Source: an uncultured Lentisphaerales bacterium (GTDB taxonomy: Bacteria; Verrucomicrobiota; Kiritimatiellia; RFP12; CAYQJG01). From it: a stretch of DNA of 64,000 nt. Under the pieces are notes generated by a model. It was not told where the DNA came from and did no database searches. It saw nothing but the letters and a program-made list of their open reading frames with translations. Location of the stretch: the NCBI GenBank assembly GCA_964417715.1, contig CAYQJG010000010.1:9291-73290 (forward strand), read 5' to 3'. The translations under genes were made by a program, and so were the position numbers. Each line of letters begins with the position of its first letter. The stretch's first letter is position 1. Positions 48,127 through 57,835 of this stretch are shown here, one piece after another.

Positions 48127-51100
48127 GGTCTGTTCCTCCATTCCTGCAGATTCGATGTCGGCGGCACGTCGTAACGCACAGTCACGCCGCGGTCCTTGTA
48201 GCCGCCTTGGGGCCATTGCGTCGTCAGGGCATTCTGCACGTCAATCCAGTCCATCATCCATCCGGGATCGCAGAACCGGAGTGACCGCGTGTTGCCACCG
48301 GAGCCCCAAGCCGCCGTGCCGGGCGCCACGTTTACCGTCTGCATGGCCTCCTGCCCCATGTCCTCAAAAATGGCGCGTAGAAGCCCGCCAGCGCCGCACA
48401 TGTAAGCCGCATAGGCGCCGCCACTGCCAACCCAGGTAATCCACACGTCATCCAGCGGCACAACCGGCATCTGCCTGTCGAATACCCACGGGGCGACGTT
48501 GGTAACGCCGGCATACTGTGTCAGCAGGCCAACATACGACCCGCACCCCACCCGGCTGTCCGAAGACGTCCGCAACGTCGTGTCCAAACCGTAACCGCCA
48601 AAGGGATGGTATCCCTTGTAGGCAGTCAACGCCCGACACATATCCGGATGCAGGCGAAACTCACGCACGGCGAGCATCTTCTTTGGTATGGCGTTTGTTG
48701 GATCCGTTGCCTCCGCGCCGTCTATCGGACTGGCATAGAGTGTCTTGTAACGCGTCTCGCACTTGTCGGGATCGTCTTCGTGACCGTCGGTGGCTCGATA
48801 CCACCACGATGTTCCCCCCTTCATCGCGTCGTAGAACCGGTTCAGGTTCCCAAGGTCGTCCATTCCCGTCTGCCCCGTCCAGTAGTTGACGCCATCGGTA
48901 AAGTTGGGTATGCGGACTTCCACGCGCGCAAAGGCGTGTCCCATGAAGGCGGCCAGGCCGTGAAACTTGTCGTGATCGTCGAAGTGCGCCTGTCCCTCGA
49001 AATAACTTGCGACCATGTTGGACGGTGACGAGTAGTCCGTGCGAGAGATTTGCCGGCTCGAGATCGTGCCTGATGAATCGCGCAGACACACGTACGGCCG
49101 GTACACGCACACCTTGTAAACGCAGCGCACGACCGTGAAGGAGACGCGGTCGGCCAGAAAGACGTCCGGCTGATCGGGAAAGGGGTAGAGCCGCGCCTCG
49201 ATCTTGGCCTCACCCCATGTCGGCGTGACGCCGACGCCCTCGGCATACAACACCAGATTGGTGCGGGCGGACGCCATCAGCAGCGCATACGGCAGACGCG
49301 TCCCGGACGGCACGTAGTCCCCGCCGTCCAGCACCGACGCCGGATTGCGCGTCTGGTCCGCATTCTTGGTCCAGAGCCGGATGCCCGTGCCCAGAGGATT
49401 CGATGTCACGGCAGCGACCGCGTTGGATTCCGCCTGCGCTAACGACATCGGCTCGATTCCGGATGGGGGCGTCGCCGCCAGATAGTCAAACTCGAGTTGC
49501 GTCGTGGCGGGGTCCAGACCGTTGTTGGGCAACCACCATAGGTCCAGTCCCTCGGGGAGCACGCAACTGAGCGTAACCGGCACAAAAGCACCGCCGGTGG
49601 TCAGTTGCTGCTTCTGCTCGACATCCGGGTCGGCGGTTTCAATTCTATCGAACCCATCCAGATAATCCGGTATTTTGTCGCCATCGACATCCATGTCATT
49701 CATGTAGATGATCTTGCCGGGATGTGCAGCGTCGCCGCCCAAGTCCTCGATCGCCTCCTGCGCCGCCACATGCAGCGGAACGGCCACGCCATTGGTGTTG
49801 GCGCTGTCAATGTCCAGATCGAACTTGGGAATGTTGAAGATACGATCCACGTAGTAGTAGTTCAGTTGCCCCGGCCACCACACTTCCGCAAAGCCCGGCT
49901 GCCAGAGAGCGGCGTTCTGTCCATAGGATTCGAACGTGATCCCGTTGCTGAGTTGGACCACATCGACGAAAAGGGGAGGGAACACCGCCGTCCATATCCA
50001 CACAGTCTGCCCAGTCCGCAGACACAGATTCGCGCTTCCGGCGGGCACGCCCGGCCAACCCGACTCATCCAGAATCATCCGTTCCTCGCAATCCCGTTCT
50101 CCGGGGTGCAGGAAAGAACCCTCGATATATATCTCACGTTGGACACCACAGTCGGAATCCAGCCAACCCTCCGGCAATGGTGTCTGGTTGACGAACTCCG
50201 CCCACGAAATCCTTAGCGTCACGTATTCGGTCGGGTCGGGCGCAGACTGAGCGTCCGTTGGCGACGTGCCCGCAGCGTACTCCACGGAATCGTCAGCACT
50301 GTCGCCGTCGGTATCCGTGTTTCCAGGGTCGGTGCCATTGCCGGCCTCCAGTCCATCCTTCATGCCGTCACCGTCGGTGTCCGGATCTCGTGGGTTGCTA
50401 GCAAACAGGTACAGTTCCTGCCGGTCCTCTAATCCATCATCGTCGCTATCGGTCAAACTCGGGTCAGTCTCGAAGACCAGCATCTCGCGACCATCGGGCA
50501 GTCCGTCGCCATCCGTATCGACGACCGTCCGCGCAGCATGAAAGAAACCGGATGGCGCCACAGTTGGTGCGGCCTCCCATGCGTCGAACGGCGCGGTTGC
50601 GTCCAGCGTGCCTAGTAAGGTCCATGGGCCTGCACCGGGCGGGAGACTCGTGCGGCTGAAGAGATCAACCTGCTCGCTGAGCGGCGTGTAGAGCCAGAGC
50701 CGGGAATTGGCAGGTTCGATGCCGGCGAAGGCCAACCGGTTAGTATCGGCCGGCGCGGTCGGTGGCCGGGTCAATGGGTCGACCGTGCGGTTCGTGGCCG
50801 CAACGGCGAGGGCGGCCTGCAACATCGGCCAGTCGTTCGACGCGATCAGCGACATTCCAAGGCAGACGCGCGAGCGGTCGCGCACGGCGTACCAGAGGGT
50901 CAGCGGTGGACCGGTCAGGTGGGCAGGCGGCTGACCATAGCCGTCGCGAACCCAGGCGTCTGGAGCGAACGCGGCGGGGACGGCGTTGGTGCGGACGCCG
51001 AGTCCATCCGCGCCGAGTGTGATCCAGACCCGCTCGGCTCCCTGAGTCTCGATGATCGAAACCTGCCACGCCGGCACCAGTCCCAAGATCGCGCAGGGAT

Positions 51101-51347
51101 GAAACAGGTTTGTAACGCTGGCCAACTCGCCGGCGTCATCGAAGGTGTAGAACCCGGCATGTGCGCCGAAGTGAAAGCAGGCGGGCGGATAGATGCCGAC
51201 GGAATTGGTCAATGCCGCATAGCCATCCGCCACGGCCGCATCGAAGTCGTCCCAGGAGGCGAGATGCCGTCGGGTGGTCGGCGCGGCCATGGCAACCGAC
51301 ACGCAGAAAACTGCGCAAAGCAACCACTCTGGACACGGCACCTTCAC
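48123..51347 (-). CDS. giant secreted protein (1074 aa) with thrombospondin type-3-like Ca-binding repeats (DTDGDGLPD, DSDDDGLED, DPDTDGDGMKD, DTDGDSADD) and large beta-rich domains
   Basis: Signal peptide and an acidic D.DGDG repeat cluster. Starts 11 nt after the etfA stop. Confidence 0.65.
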   Translation of the reverse strand: MKVPCPEWLLCAVFCVSVAMAAPTTRRHLASWDDFDAAVADGYAALTNSVGIYPPACFHFGAHAGFYTFDDAGELASVTNLFHPCAILGLVPAWQVSIIETQGAERVWITLGADGLGVRTNAVPAAFAPDAWVRDGYGQPPAHLTGPPLTLWYAVRDRSRVCLGMSLIASNDWPMLQAALAVAATNRTVDPLTRPPTAPADTNRLAFAGIEPANSRLWLYTPLSEQVDLFSRTSLPPGAGPWTLLGTLDATAPFDAWEAAPTVAPSGFFHAARTVVDTDGDGLPDGREMLVFETDPSLTDSDDDGLEDRQELYLFASNPRDPDTDGDGMKDGLEAGNGTDPGNTDTDGDSADDSVEYAAGTSPTDAQSAPDPTEYVTLRISWAEFVNQTPLPEGWLDSDCGVQREIYIEGSFLHPGERDCEERMILDESGWPGVPAGSANLCLRTGQTVWIWTAVFPPLFVDVVQLSNGITFESYGQNAALWQPGFAEVWWPGQLNYYYVDRIFNIPKFDLDIDSANTNGVAVPLHVAAQEAIEDLGGDAAHPGKIIYMNDMDVDGDKIPDYLDGFDRIETADPDVEQKQQLTTGGAFVPVTLSCVLPEGLDLWWLPNNGLDPATTQLEFDYLAATPPSGIEPMSLAQAESNAVAAVTSNPLGTGIRLWTKNADQTRNPASVLDGGDYVPSGTRLPYALLMASARTNLVLYAEGVGVTPTWGEAKIEARLYPFPDQPDVFLADRVSFTVVRCVYKVCVYRPYVCLRDSSGTISSRQISRTDYSSPSNMVASYFEGQAHFDDHDKFHGLAAFMGHAFARVEVRIPNFTDGVNYWTGQTGMDDLGNLNRFYDAMKGGTSWWYRATDGHEDDPDKCETRYKTLYASPIDGAEATDPTNAIPKKMLAVREFRLHPDMCRALTAYKGYHPFGGYGLDTTLRTSSDSRVGCGSYVGLLTQYAGVTNVAPWVFDRQMPVVPLDDVWITWVGSGGAYAAYMCGAGGLLRAIFEDMGQEAMQTVNVAPGTAAWGSGGNTRSLRFCDPGWMMDWIDVQNALTTQWPQGGYKDRGVTVRYDVPPTSNLQEWRNRP

Positions 51348-51358
51348 GGAACGATCCC

Positions 51359-52423
51359 CTAGGCCTTGGCCGCACTCGTAGCGGCCTGGGTCAGGCTCGC
51401 GCCATTGCGGATGGTCTTGATCATCCTGGGAATGACCTCGTTCAGGTCGCCCACGATGCCGTAGTGCGCGATGCCAAAGATCGGCGCATCCTTGTCGATG
51501 TTAATGGCCAGAATCTTGGCCGACTCCTGCATGCCGGCGCGGTGCTGGACCGCGCCCGACACGCCGCAGCAGATGTAGAGCGCCGGACGTACGGTGGTGC
51601 CGGTCTGGCCGACCTGATGGTCATGGTCAACCAACCCGAGATCGACGGCCGCGCGGCTGCCGCCGACCGCGCCACCCAGGATGTTGGCCAGATCCCAGAT
51701 CAGCCGGAAATTCTCGCGACTGCCCACACCCGCCCCACCGGTGACAATGATGCGCGCGGCCTTGAGATTAACCTTCTTGGGCCGGCGATGCGACTCAAGC
51801 ACCTCGGTCGGTAACACGACACCCGCAAGGTTGACCGGGCAGCGAACCGTCGTGCCCGTCCGCCCGGCTTCCTCAACGGACATGCGCATGACGCCCTCGC
51901 GCACGGTGGCCATCTGCGGCCAGCGGTGCGGATTGACGATCGTCGCAATGATGTTACCGCCGAACGCGGGCCGGATCTGGAGCAGCAGCTTGGAGATGTG
52001 CTCCTTGGTCTGCGTGTCGGTGTGGTCGCCGATCTCAAGATCCGTGCAGTCGGCGGTCAGACCGCACTTCATGGCAGACGCGACCGTGGGCGCGAGGTCG
52101 CGACCCATCGCGGTGGCGCCAAACAGGCAGATCTGCGGCTTGTGCGCCGTGATCAGATCGCAGACCACGCGCGTATAACTGGTGGTCTGGTAGGTGGCGA
52201 GCAGGGCGTCCTCGGCCAGATAGACGCGGTCCGCGCCATGCCGCGCAAGCTGACCGGCCAGTTCGGAGACGTTGTGGCCCAGCAGCACCGCGGCCAGCGG
52301 AACATGCAGCTGGTCGGCCAGTTCACGCCCCTTGCTGAGCAGCTCGAGCGGCACGTCGGAAAGACGCCCCGCCTCCTGCTCGGCATACACCCATACTTCG
52401 CCCCGTCGATTGACTTCGATCAT
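51359..52423 (-). CDS. etfA: electron transfer flavoprotein alpha subunit
   Basis: EtfA FAD-binding C-terminal motifs (...PELYIAVGISGAIQH...). Confidence 0.9.
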   Translation of the reverse strand: MIEVNRRGEVWVYAEQEAGRLSDVPLELLSKGRELADQLHVPLAAVLLGHNVSELAGQLARHGADRVYLAEDALLATYQTTSYTRVVCDLITAHKPQICLFGATAMGRDLAPTVASAMKCGLTADCTDLEIGDHTDTQTKEHISKLLLQIRPAFGGNIIATIVNPHRWPQMATVREGVMRMSVEEAGRTGTTVRCPVNLAGVVLPTEVLESHRRPKKVNLKAARIIVTGGAGVGSRENFRLIWDLANILGGAVGGSRAAVDLGLVDHDHQVGQTGTTVRPALYICCGVSGAVQHRAGMQESAKILAINIDKDAPIFGIAHYGIVGDLNEVIPRMIKTIRNGASLTQAATSAAKA

Positions 52424-52442
52424 ATCGGATTCCTCTCGGTCT

Positions 52443-53351
52443 TCAGCCGATCGTGTGGTCTTCGATCAACTCGCCCAGCAGCCGGGACACGCCCTCGTCG
52501 GAAGGCGGGAACTCCTTGTAGTCGCCGCCAGCCAGCACGATCGACTGGATGCGATGCACCTTGGTGGGACTGCCGGCGCCACCGCACCAACTCAGGTCGG
52601 CCTGCAAATCGTCAAGATTCCACTGCGTAATCAACAGATCCTGCGCCGCCAGTTCGCTGCAACGACGCTTCGTCTCCTCGGTCCGGGCCTCGGGGGTGGC
52701 TGACGCCAGCGCGGTGTCGACCGCCTTGGCGACTTCGACCGGCGAGCGCGCCTTCTTGTGTTTCAGCGCCTTGCGCAGAGCCAGCGGACGCGGCTGGTTG
52801 GCCGAGTCCATCACCGTGAAGAGCGCCGGCAGCCGCGAGCGCACAATCTCATAGCCGTTGCCGATGTGGCGCCGAACGCGGGCCATCCGCCCATCGAGTT
52901 GCAGTTCCTCGAGGTAGGTCACCAGCGTGAAGCCGATTTTCTCGGCCAGTTGGGGCCCGACCTGTGCGGTGTCGCCGTCGATGGCCTGACGACCGCAGAA
53001 CACCAGATCCGGTTCCAGCTTGCGCATGGCGCAGGAGAGGATGTAGCTGGTGGCCAAGGTGTCGGAGGCGGCCGCGCGACGGTCCGTGATGAGGATCGCC
53101 TTGTCGGCGCCACGGCACAGCGAATCGCGCAGCACATCACAGGCGGCCGGCAACCCCATGGCGACCACCGTAACAGTGCCACCATGCCGGTCGCGGACGC
53201 AAAGCGCCTCTTCCAAGGCGTTCAGATCCTCGGGATTGAAGATGGCCGGCAACGCCGCGCGGTTGACGGTGCCATCCTCTCTCATCGCCTGGCCGGTGAT
53301 CCGTTTGGTGTCCGGCACTTGTTTGACGCACACGACACAGTTATAGCCCAC
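52443..53351 (-). CDS. etfB: electron transfer flavoprotein beta subunit (probable GTG start)
   Basis: VGYNCVVCVKQVPD... matches the EtfB N-terminus. No in-frame ATG lies upstream of the conserved start. A GGGGAG lies 9 nt upstream of the second GTG. Confidence 0.75.
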   Translation of the reverse strand: MGYNCVVCVKQVPDTKRITGQAMREDGTVNRAALPAIFNPEDLNALEEALCVRDRHGGTVTVVAMGLPAACDVLRDSLCRGADKAILITDRRAAASDTLATSYILSCAMRKLEPDLVFCGRQAIDGDTAQVGPQLAEKIGFTLVTYLEELQLDGRMARVRRHIGNGYEIVRSRLPALFTVMDSANQPRPLALRKALKHKKARSPVEVAKAVDTALASATPEARTEETKRRCSELAAQDLLITQWNLDDLQADLSWCGGAGSPTKVHRIQSIVLAGGDYKEFPPSDEGVSRLLGELIEDHTIG

Positions 53352-53498
53352 GTTGGTCACTCCCCGATTTTGCCCAGGATCATGCCCGCAGGGCCCGTCC
53401 GCAGAGACGAACCCATCCGAAAAGCCCGCACACGATGGCAAAGGCCGCCGTATCCGTCAAGGACGGATGACGGACGCACATCCGTTCCAACACTCCCG

Positions 53499-54638
53499 CT
53501 AGAAGCCGTGCAGTTCATAGAAGTCACGGCGGTACCCGTCAATGTCCACCCAATTGTGCAATTCGGCGACGGAGGACGGCACCGCGGCCACGCTTCGGGC
53601 CACTTCAGCCTGCACGTCTTCGCGCATCTCCCAGTCGTCCATGCGGATACGCCCTTCCGCATCCACGCTCACCGGGCACCCGGCGTAGAGCCGGTCGCGG
53701 AAAAGCCGGTTCATCTGCTCGAGACAGCCCTCGTGCAACCCCTTCGCCTTCATCACCCGGTAGAGGGCGGCAATGTAGAGCGGCATCGCGGGGATGACCG
53801 CGCTCGCACGTGTCACCAGCGCCTTGTTGACGGCCACATAGGCGTGTCCACGCAGCGATGCCAGCCGATTGTCAAGCTGGCCCGCAGTGGCCTCCAGATG
53901 AGCCTTGGCGCGACCCAACGTGCCCGTGCGATAGACCGCCTGGGTAGCCTCCGGGCCGACATAGGAGAACGCCACGGTCACCACGCCGGGGGCCAGCAGA
54001 CCTGCGGCCAACAGCGCTTCGACCCAGAGCTGCCAGTCCTCGCCGCCCATGACCTTGACGGTGTCGCGGATCTCGTCCTCGCTGGCCGGACCAATGGCGA
54101 CCCGCCGCATCGCACCAGCCGCCACATCCAGCGTCACCCCCTCGAACGAACCACCGATCGGCTTGATCGCCGAACGGTGCACCTGTCCGGTGGCCGGATC
54201 CGTCCGCACGGGCGCAGCCAGACTGTAGATGACGAGATCAAAAGGCGAGAACCCGTCGGCGCGGGCCGTCGCGATCACGCGCGTCTTCATCGCCGGCAAA
54301 AAGGCATCACCAACAAGCGTGGCGGCCGTCAGCCCGCGCGCCTTGGCCGCTGCGTCGAAAGCCTTGTTGTTGTACCACCCCGGTGACCCGTGTCCGTCGG
54401 CCACCGGTTCGCGTTCGAATGACACGCCGAGCGTCTGCGCGCCGGCACCGAAGGCAGCCATGATCCGCGCTGCCAGACCGTAGCCGCCGGAAGCGCCGAG
54501 AACCAACACCGACTTCGGACCGGTCTTCAGCGCCGGCCAGGCCGACGCCGCCGCGATCCTGGCGGCAACCGCGCGCGCGCACCCTTCGGGGTTCACGCCC
54601 ACGCACACGCCATTGCGGACCTTCGGTTCAACCGCCAT
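53499..54638 (-). CDS. fabV: trans-2-enoyl-CoA/ACP reductase (FabV/Ter family)
   Basis: Collinear with Treponema TER/FabV (VRNGVC...LVLGASGGYGLA...GWYNN...VKVMGGEDW...LEATA...ASAVIP). Confidence 0.9.
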   Translation of the reverse strand: MAVEPKVRNGVCVGVNPEGCARAVAARIAAASAWPALKTGPKSVLVLGASGGYGLAARIMAAFGAGAQTLGVSFEREPVADGHGSPGWYNNKAFDAAAKARGLTAATLVGDAFLPAMKTRVIATARADGFSPFDLVIYSLAAPVRTDPATGQVHRSAIKPIGGSFEGVTLDVAAGAMRRVAIGPASEDEIRDTVKVMGGEDWQLWVEALLAAGLLAPGVVTVAFSYVGPEATQAVYRTGTLGRAKAHLEATAGQLDNRLASLRGHAYVAVNKALVTRASAVIPAMPLYIAALYRVMKAKGLHEGCLEQMNRLFRDRLYAGCPVSVDAEGRIRMDDWEMREDVQAEVARSVAAVPSSVAELHNWVDIDGYRRDFYELHGF

Positions 54639-55054
54639 CACGCTTTCCCCACCAGGCACACCCATTCGGCCTCAGCCGAGAGTTCCTCGCCCACCCAGGC
54701 CTTGCCGCGCTGCCGGATCAGGCGACGCGTCACCTTGATGTTCTCAACCTCCAGCCGGACCTTCTCGCCAGGACGCACCTGCCGGCGGAACTTGACTTCC
54801 GAAACCGAGGCCAGAAAGATGATCTGACAGTCACACAGGCCGGCTTCGACCACGCCCGCCCCGCCGCATTGCGCCATGCTCTCGACCAGGATCACGCCGG
54901 GTACAACCGGGTACTTGGGGAAATGACCGGCAAACATGGGCTCATCAGCCGAGAAGGTCCGCTCGCCGACAATCCGCTGCTTGTCCACCGACAGCAACCG
55001 GTCGATGAACAGGAAGGGCTCGCGATGGGGAATCAGGTCCTTGACATTCTTCAT
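54638..55054 (-). CDS. fabZ: 3-hydroxyacyl-ACP dehydratase (FabZ/FabA hot-dog fold)
   Basis: ...FAGHFPKYPVVPGVILVESMAQ... Its stop overlaps the fabV ATG. Confidence 0.85.
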   Translation of the reverse strand: MKNVKDLIPHREPFLFIDRLLSVDKQRIVGERTFSADEPMFAGHFPKYPVVPGVILVESMAQCGGAGVVEAGLCDCQIIFLASVSEVKFRRQVRPGEKVRLEVENIKVTRRLIRQRGKAWVGEELSAEAEWVCLVGKA

Positions 55055-56313
55055 GGAGCGAACGCCTTGATGATGATGACCCCGTTGTGGCCGCCGAAGC
55101 CCAGCGAGGTCGAGAGCGTTGCGCGAATGCGCCCGTTCACGCCCACGTTCGGCACGCAGTCGAGATCGCACTCCGGATCGGGCGTCTCGTAGTTGATCGT
55201 CGCCGGGAAAAACTGGTCGCGCAGAGCCAGCACGCAGACGATGGCCTCGACGCCGCCGGCGGCGCCGATCATGTGGCCGGTCATGCTCTTGGTGGACGAC
55301 ATCTTGAGCCGGCGCGCGTGCTCGCCAAACGCCCCCTTGACGGCCTTGGTCTCCATCGGGTCGTTGAGCGGCGTGGAGGTGCCGTGCGCGTTGATGTAGT
55401 CGATATCGCCGGGCTGCATGCCGGCATCGGCCAGCGCCACGCGCATCGCGCGGATCGCGCCGTCGCCATCGGGGTGCGGCGCCGTGAGATGGAAGGCGTC
55501 GCCGGTGCCGCCGTAGCCGGCCACTTCGGCGTAGATGCGGGCGCCGCGGCGCTGTGCGTGCTCCAGCGACTCGAATATGAGAACGCCGGCCCCCTCGCCC
55601 ATGATGAAGCCGTCGCGGTTCTTGTCGAACGGCCGGCACGCCTTGAGGGGCTCATCGTTTTGGCTCGTGCAGAGCGCCTTGAGCGCGCAGAAGCTTCCGA
55701 TTGAGAACTCCGTGATGGCGGACTCGGTGCCGCCCGTGACCACGACATCGGCGCGACCCGACCGGACGGCATCCAGCGCCGTGCCCATCGCATCCGTACC
55801 GGAGGCACAGGCCGTGACGACGGTATGCACAGGGCCCTTGATGTTCAGCGCCATCGAGATATTGCCCGCGGCCTCGTTCGGGATGATCTTGGGGATCGTC
55901 ATCGGCGACAGACGCGACGGACCGCGCTCCTGCAGCGTCTTATAGGCTTCGGTGTCAATCTCGCGTCCGCCGATGCCATTGCCCAGAATGACGGCCGCGC
56001 GCTCAGGGTCCACGCCCCCGTCGGCCAGCCCCGCGTCTTTCCATGCGTCGGTCGCAGCGGCCAGGGCAAACTGCGTGAAAAGCGCCATCCGACGCGCTTC
56101 CTTGACGTCAAAATACTTGCCGGGATCGAAATTCTTGACCTCGGCCGCGATCCGCGCGTCGACACGCGATGCGTCGAAACGAGTGATCGGGCCGATGCCG
56201 CACGCGCCGCTCCGGATGGCTTGCCAGAACGAGGGAATGTCATTGCCAATGGGCGTAATCGCGCCCAGACCGGTGATGACCACGCGACGGACGGCAGGGG
56301 TAGACTGACTCAT
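55051..56313 (-). CDS. fabF: 3-oxoacyl-ACP synthase II (KAS II)
   Basis: RRVVITGLGAITPIGN..., active-site ...VTACASG..., and His/His region. Start Met17 of the track ORF (Met1 would overlap fabH by 35 nt). Confidence 0.9.
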   Translation of the reverse strand: MSQSTPAVRRVVITGLGAITPIGNDIPSFWQAIRSGACGIGPITRFDASRVDARIAAEVKNFDPGKYFDVKEARRMALFTQFALAAATDAWKDAGLADGGVDPERAAVILGNGIGGREIDTEAYKTLQERGPSRLSPMTIPKIIPNEAAGNISMALNIKGPVHTVVTACASGTDAMGTALDAVRSGRADVVVTGGTESAITEFSIGSFCALKALCTSQNDEPLKACRPFDKNRDGFIMGEGAGVLIFESLEHAQRRGARIYAEVAGYGGTGDAFHLTAPHPDGDGAIRAMRVALADAGMQPGDIDYINAHGTSTPLNDPMETKAVKGAFGEHARRLKMSSTKSMTGHMIGAAGGVEAIVCVLALRDQFFPATINYETPDPECDLDCVPNVGVNGRIRATLSTSLGFGGHNGVIIIKAFAP

Positions 56314-56326
56314 GGGTATGCTCTCC

Positions 56327-57340
56327 TTAGAGGGTGACGGGGATGACGGTCGAATCGACACCGGGAATCCAGCGCATCAGGATTCCACCGTAGGTCAGGC
56401 CGGCACCGAACCCGACCAGAATGACCCAATCGCCCGACTTGACACGGTTCTCGCGCACAAGCTGATCGAACGCAATCGGGACTGTCGCCGCGGACGTGTT
56501 GGCCACGTCGGCAATGTTGAGGAAAAACTTGTCCGGCGCCACGCCCAGCCGGCGCGCCGACGCCTCGATGATGCGGATGTTGGCCTGGTGCGGCACAATC
56601 CACGCTATATCATCCATGGTCAAGCCTGACTTCGCGAGCAATTCGCGCACAATCTGGTCCATGGCTTTCACCGCGAAATTGAACACGGCCTTCCCCTGCA
56701 TCTGCAGGTAAGGCCGAGTCCAGGGGCCGGACGTCGGCGTGCGCGAACCGCCCTCGCGCAGCAGCGCGGATGCGCCCGATCCATCCGCGCGCAGCACGGC
56801 GTGCATCAAGCCGCCGGGCTCCTCGGAGAACTTCAGGACGGCCGCACCCGCGCCATCACCGAACAACACGCACAGGTTGCGGTCCTGCCAGTCGACAATC
56901 CGCGACATCAGGTCGGCGCCGATGACCAGTGTGGGCCGGGGATCGCTGGCCATGAGCCCGCGTGCAACCTGCAATGCGTAGATGAAGCCGGTGCAGGCAG
57001 CCGAAATATCAAACGCACTGGCGTTGACGGCTCCAATCGCATGCTGGACCAGGCAAGCCGTCGCGGGAAGCGACGAATAGTCGGGCGTGGATGTGGCTAC
57101 GATGACCGCGCCCAAGTCAGACGCCGCCACACCGGCCCGCTCCAACGCCTGACGCGCCGCTTTCGTGGCACCGGACGCCGTGCTTTCATCGGGTGCCGCA
57201 ATGTGCCGGGACCGGATGCCGGTGTGCGAGACGATCCACTCGTCGGTCGTGTCGAGGGTCTTCGCCAGCTCGTGGTTAGCCACTACCTGTTTCGGCAGCC
57301 AGACGCCGGTGGCGGCGATATGTACGTACTGCAACTTCAT
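56327..57340 (-). CDS. fabH: 3-oxoacyl-ACP synthase III (KAS III)
   Basis: ...DISAACTGFIYAL... active-site Cys. The FabH His/Asn region is present (...WIVPHQANIRII...). Confidence 0.9.
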   Translation of the reverse strand: MKLQYVHIAATGVWLPKQVVANHELAKTLDTTDEWIVSHTGIRSRHIAAPDESTASGATKAARQALERAGVAASDLGAVIVATSTPDYSSLPATACLVQHAIGAVNASAFDISAACTGFIYALQVARGLMASDPRPTLVIGADLMSRIVDWQDRNLCVLFGDGAGAAVLKFSEEPGGLMHAVLRADGSGASALLREGGSRTPTSGPWTRPYLQMQGKAVFNFAVKAMDQIVRELLAKSGLTMDDIAWIVPHQANIRIIEASARRLGVAPDKFFLNIADVANTSAATVPIAFDQLVRENRVKSGDWVILVGFGAGLTYGGILMRWIPGVDSTVIPVTL

Positions 57341-57543
57341 AGAACTCCCAACTCAGGCAAGGGGCGCTTATGATGACATTTTCCCGTCGAATGTCAACCT
57401 GACATTTGTCGCCGTTTTGTCACTCTCGCGCCCCCCTCGCTCGCAATAAACCCCAATAATAGCTGATCTTTTCTATATACACCAGTCCAGATCATACGCT
57501 AAAGTCAAGGGCTCTGTTTTTGGCGTGCACTGGAGGGCGTGTC
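57341..57543. promoter_or_regulatory. divergent intergenic region between fabH (-) and oadG (+); presumed promoters
   Basis: An approximately 200-bp non-coding gap between divergently oriented operons. Confidence 0.3.
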
Positions 57544-57765
57544 ATGTTGGCTCAAGGCTTTATCCTTATGTTCGTCGGCATGGGCATTGTGATCGCCTAT
57601 CTGGCCATCATGGTGTTCGTCATGTCCTGGTCGCAGTCGTTGATCAAGCACATCGATCACATCCTGCCGGATGACGTACCGGTGGCGCCGCGCCCTCAAC
57701 CCGTCCGGACGGATGACGCCGCACCGGTTGCCATCGCGATCGCCGTTGCCAGCAACCGACCCTGA
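57544..57765 (+). CDS. oadG: Na+-translocating decarboxylase gamma subunit (OadG-like): single TM plus Ala/Pro-rich linker
   Basis: MLAQGFILMFVGMGIVIAYLAIMVFVM resembles the OadG N-terminus. Internal Met9 of track ORF 57520..57765. Confidence 0.65.
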   Translation: MLAQGFILMFVGMGIVIAYLAIMVFVMSWSQSLIKHIDHILPDDVPVAPRPQPVRTDDAAPVAIAIAVASNRP

Positions 57766-57835
57766 CCGCCCCGTCCACCCTCCACCCCTCCCCCAATCTG
57801 CCCGCCCCGACCGCATTCGTCTCAGGAGTCCACAC

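Noticed and set aside
56314-56361. Upstream Met1 start for fabF
   Set aside because: It would overlap fabH by 35 nt. Met17 yields the canonical KAS II N-terminus (MSQSTPAVRRVVITG) with a 13-nt spacer.
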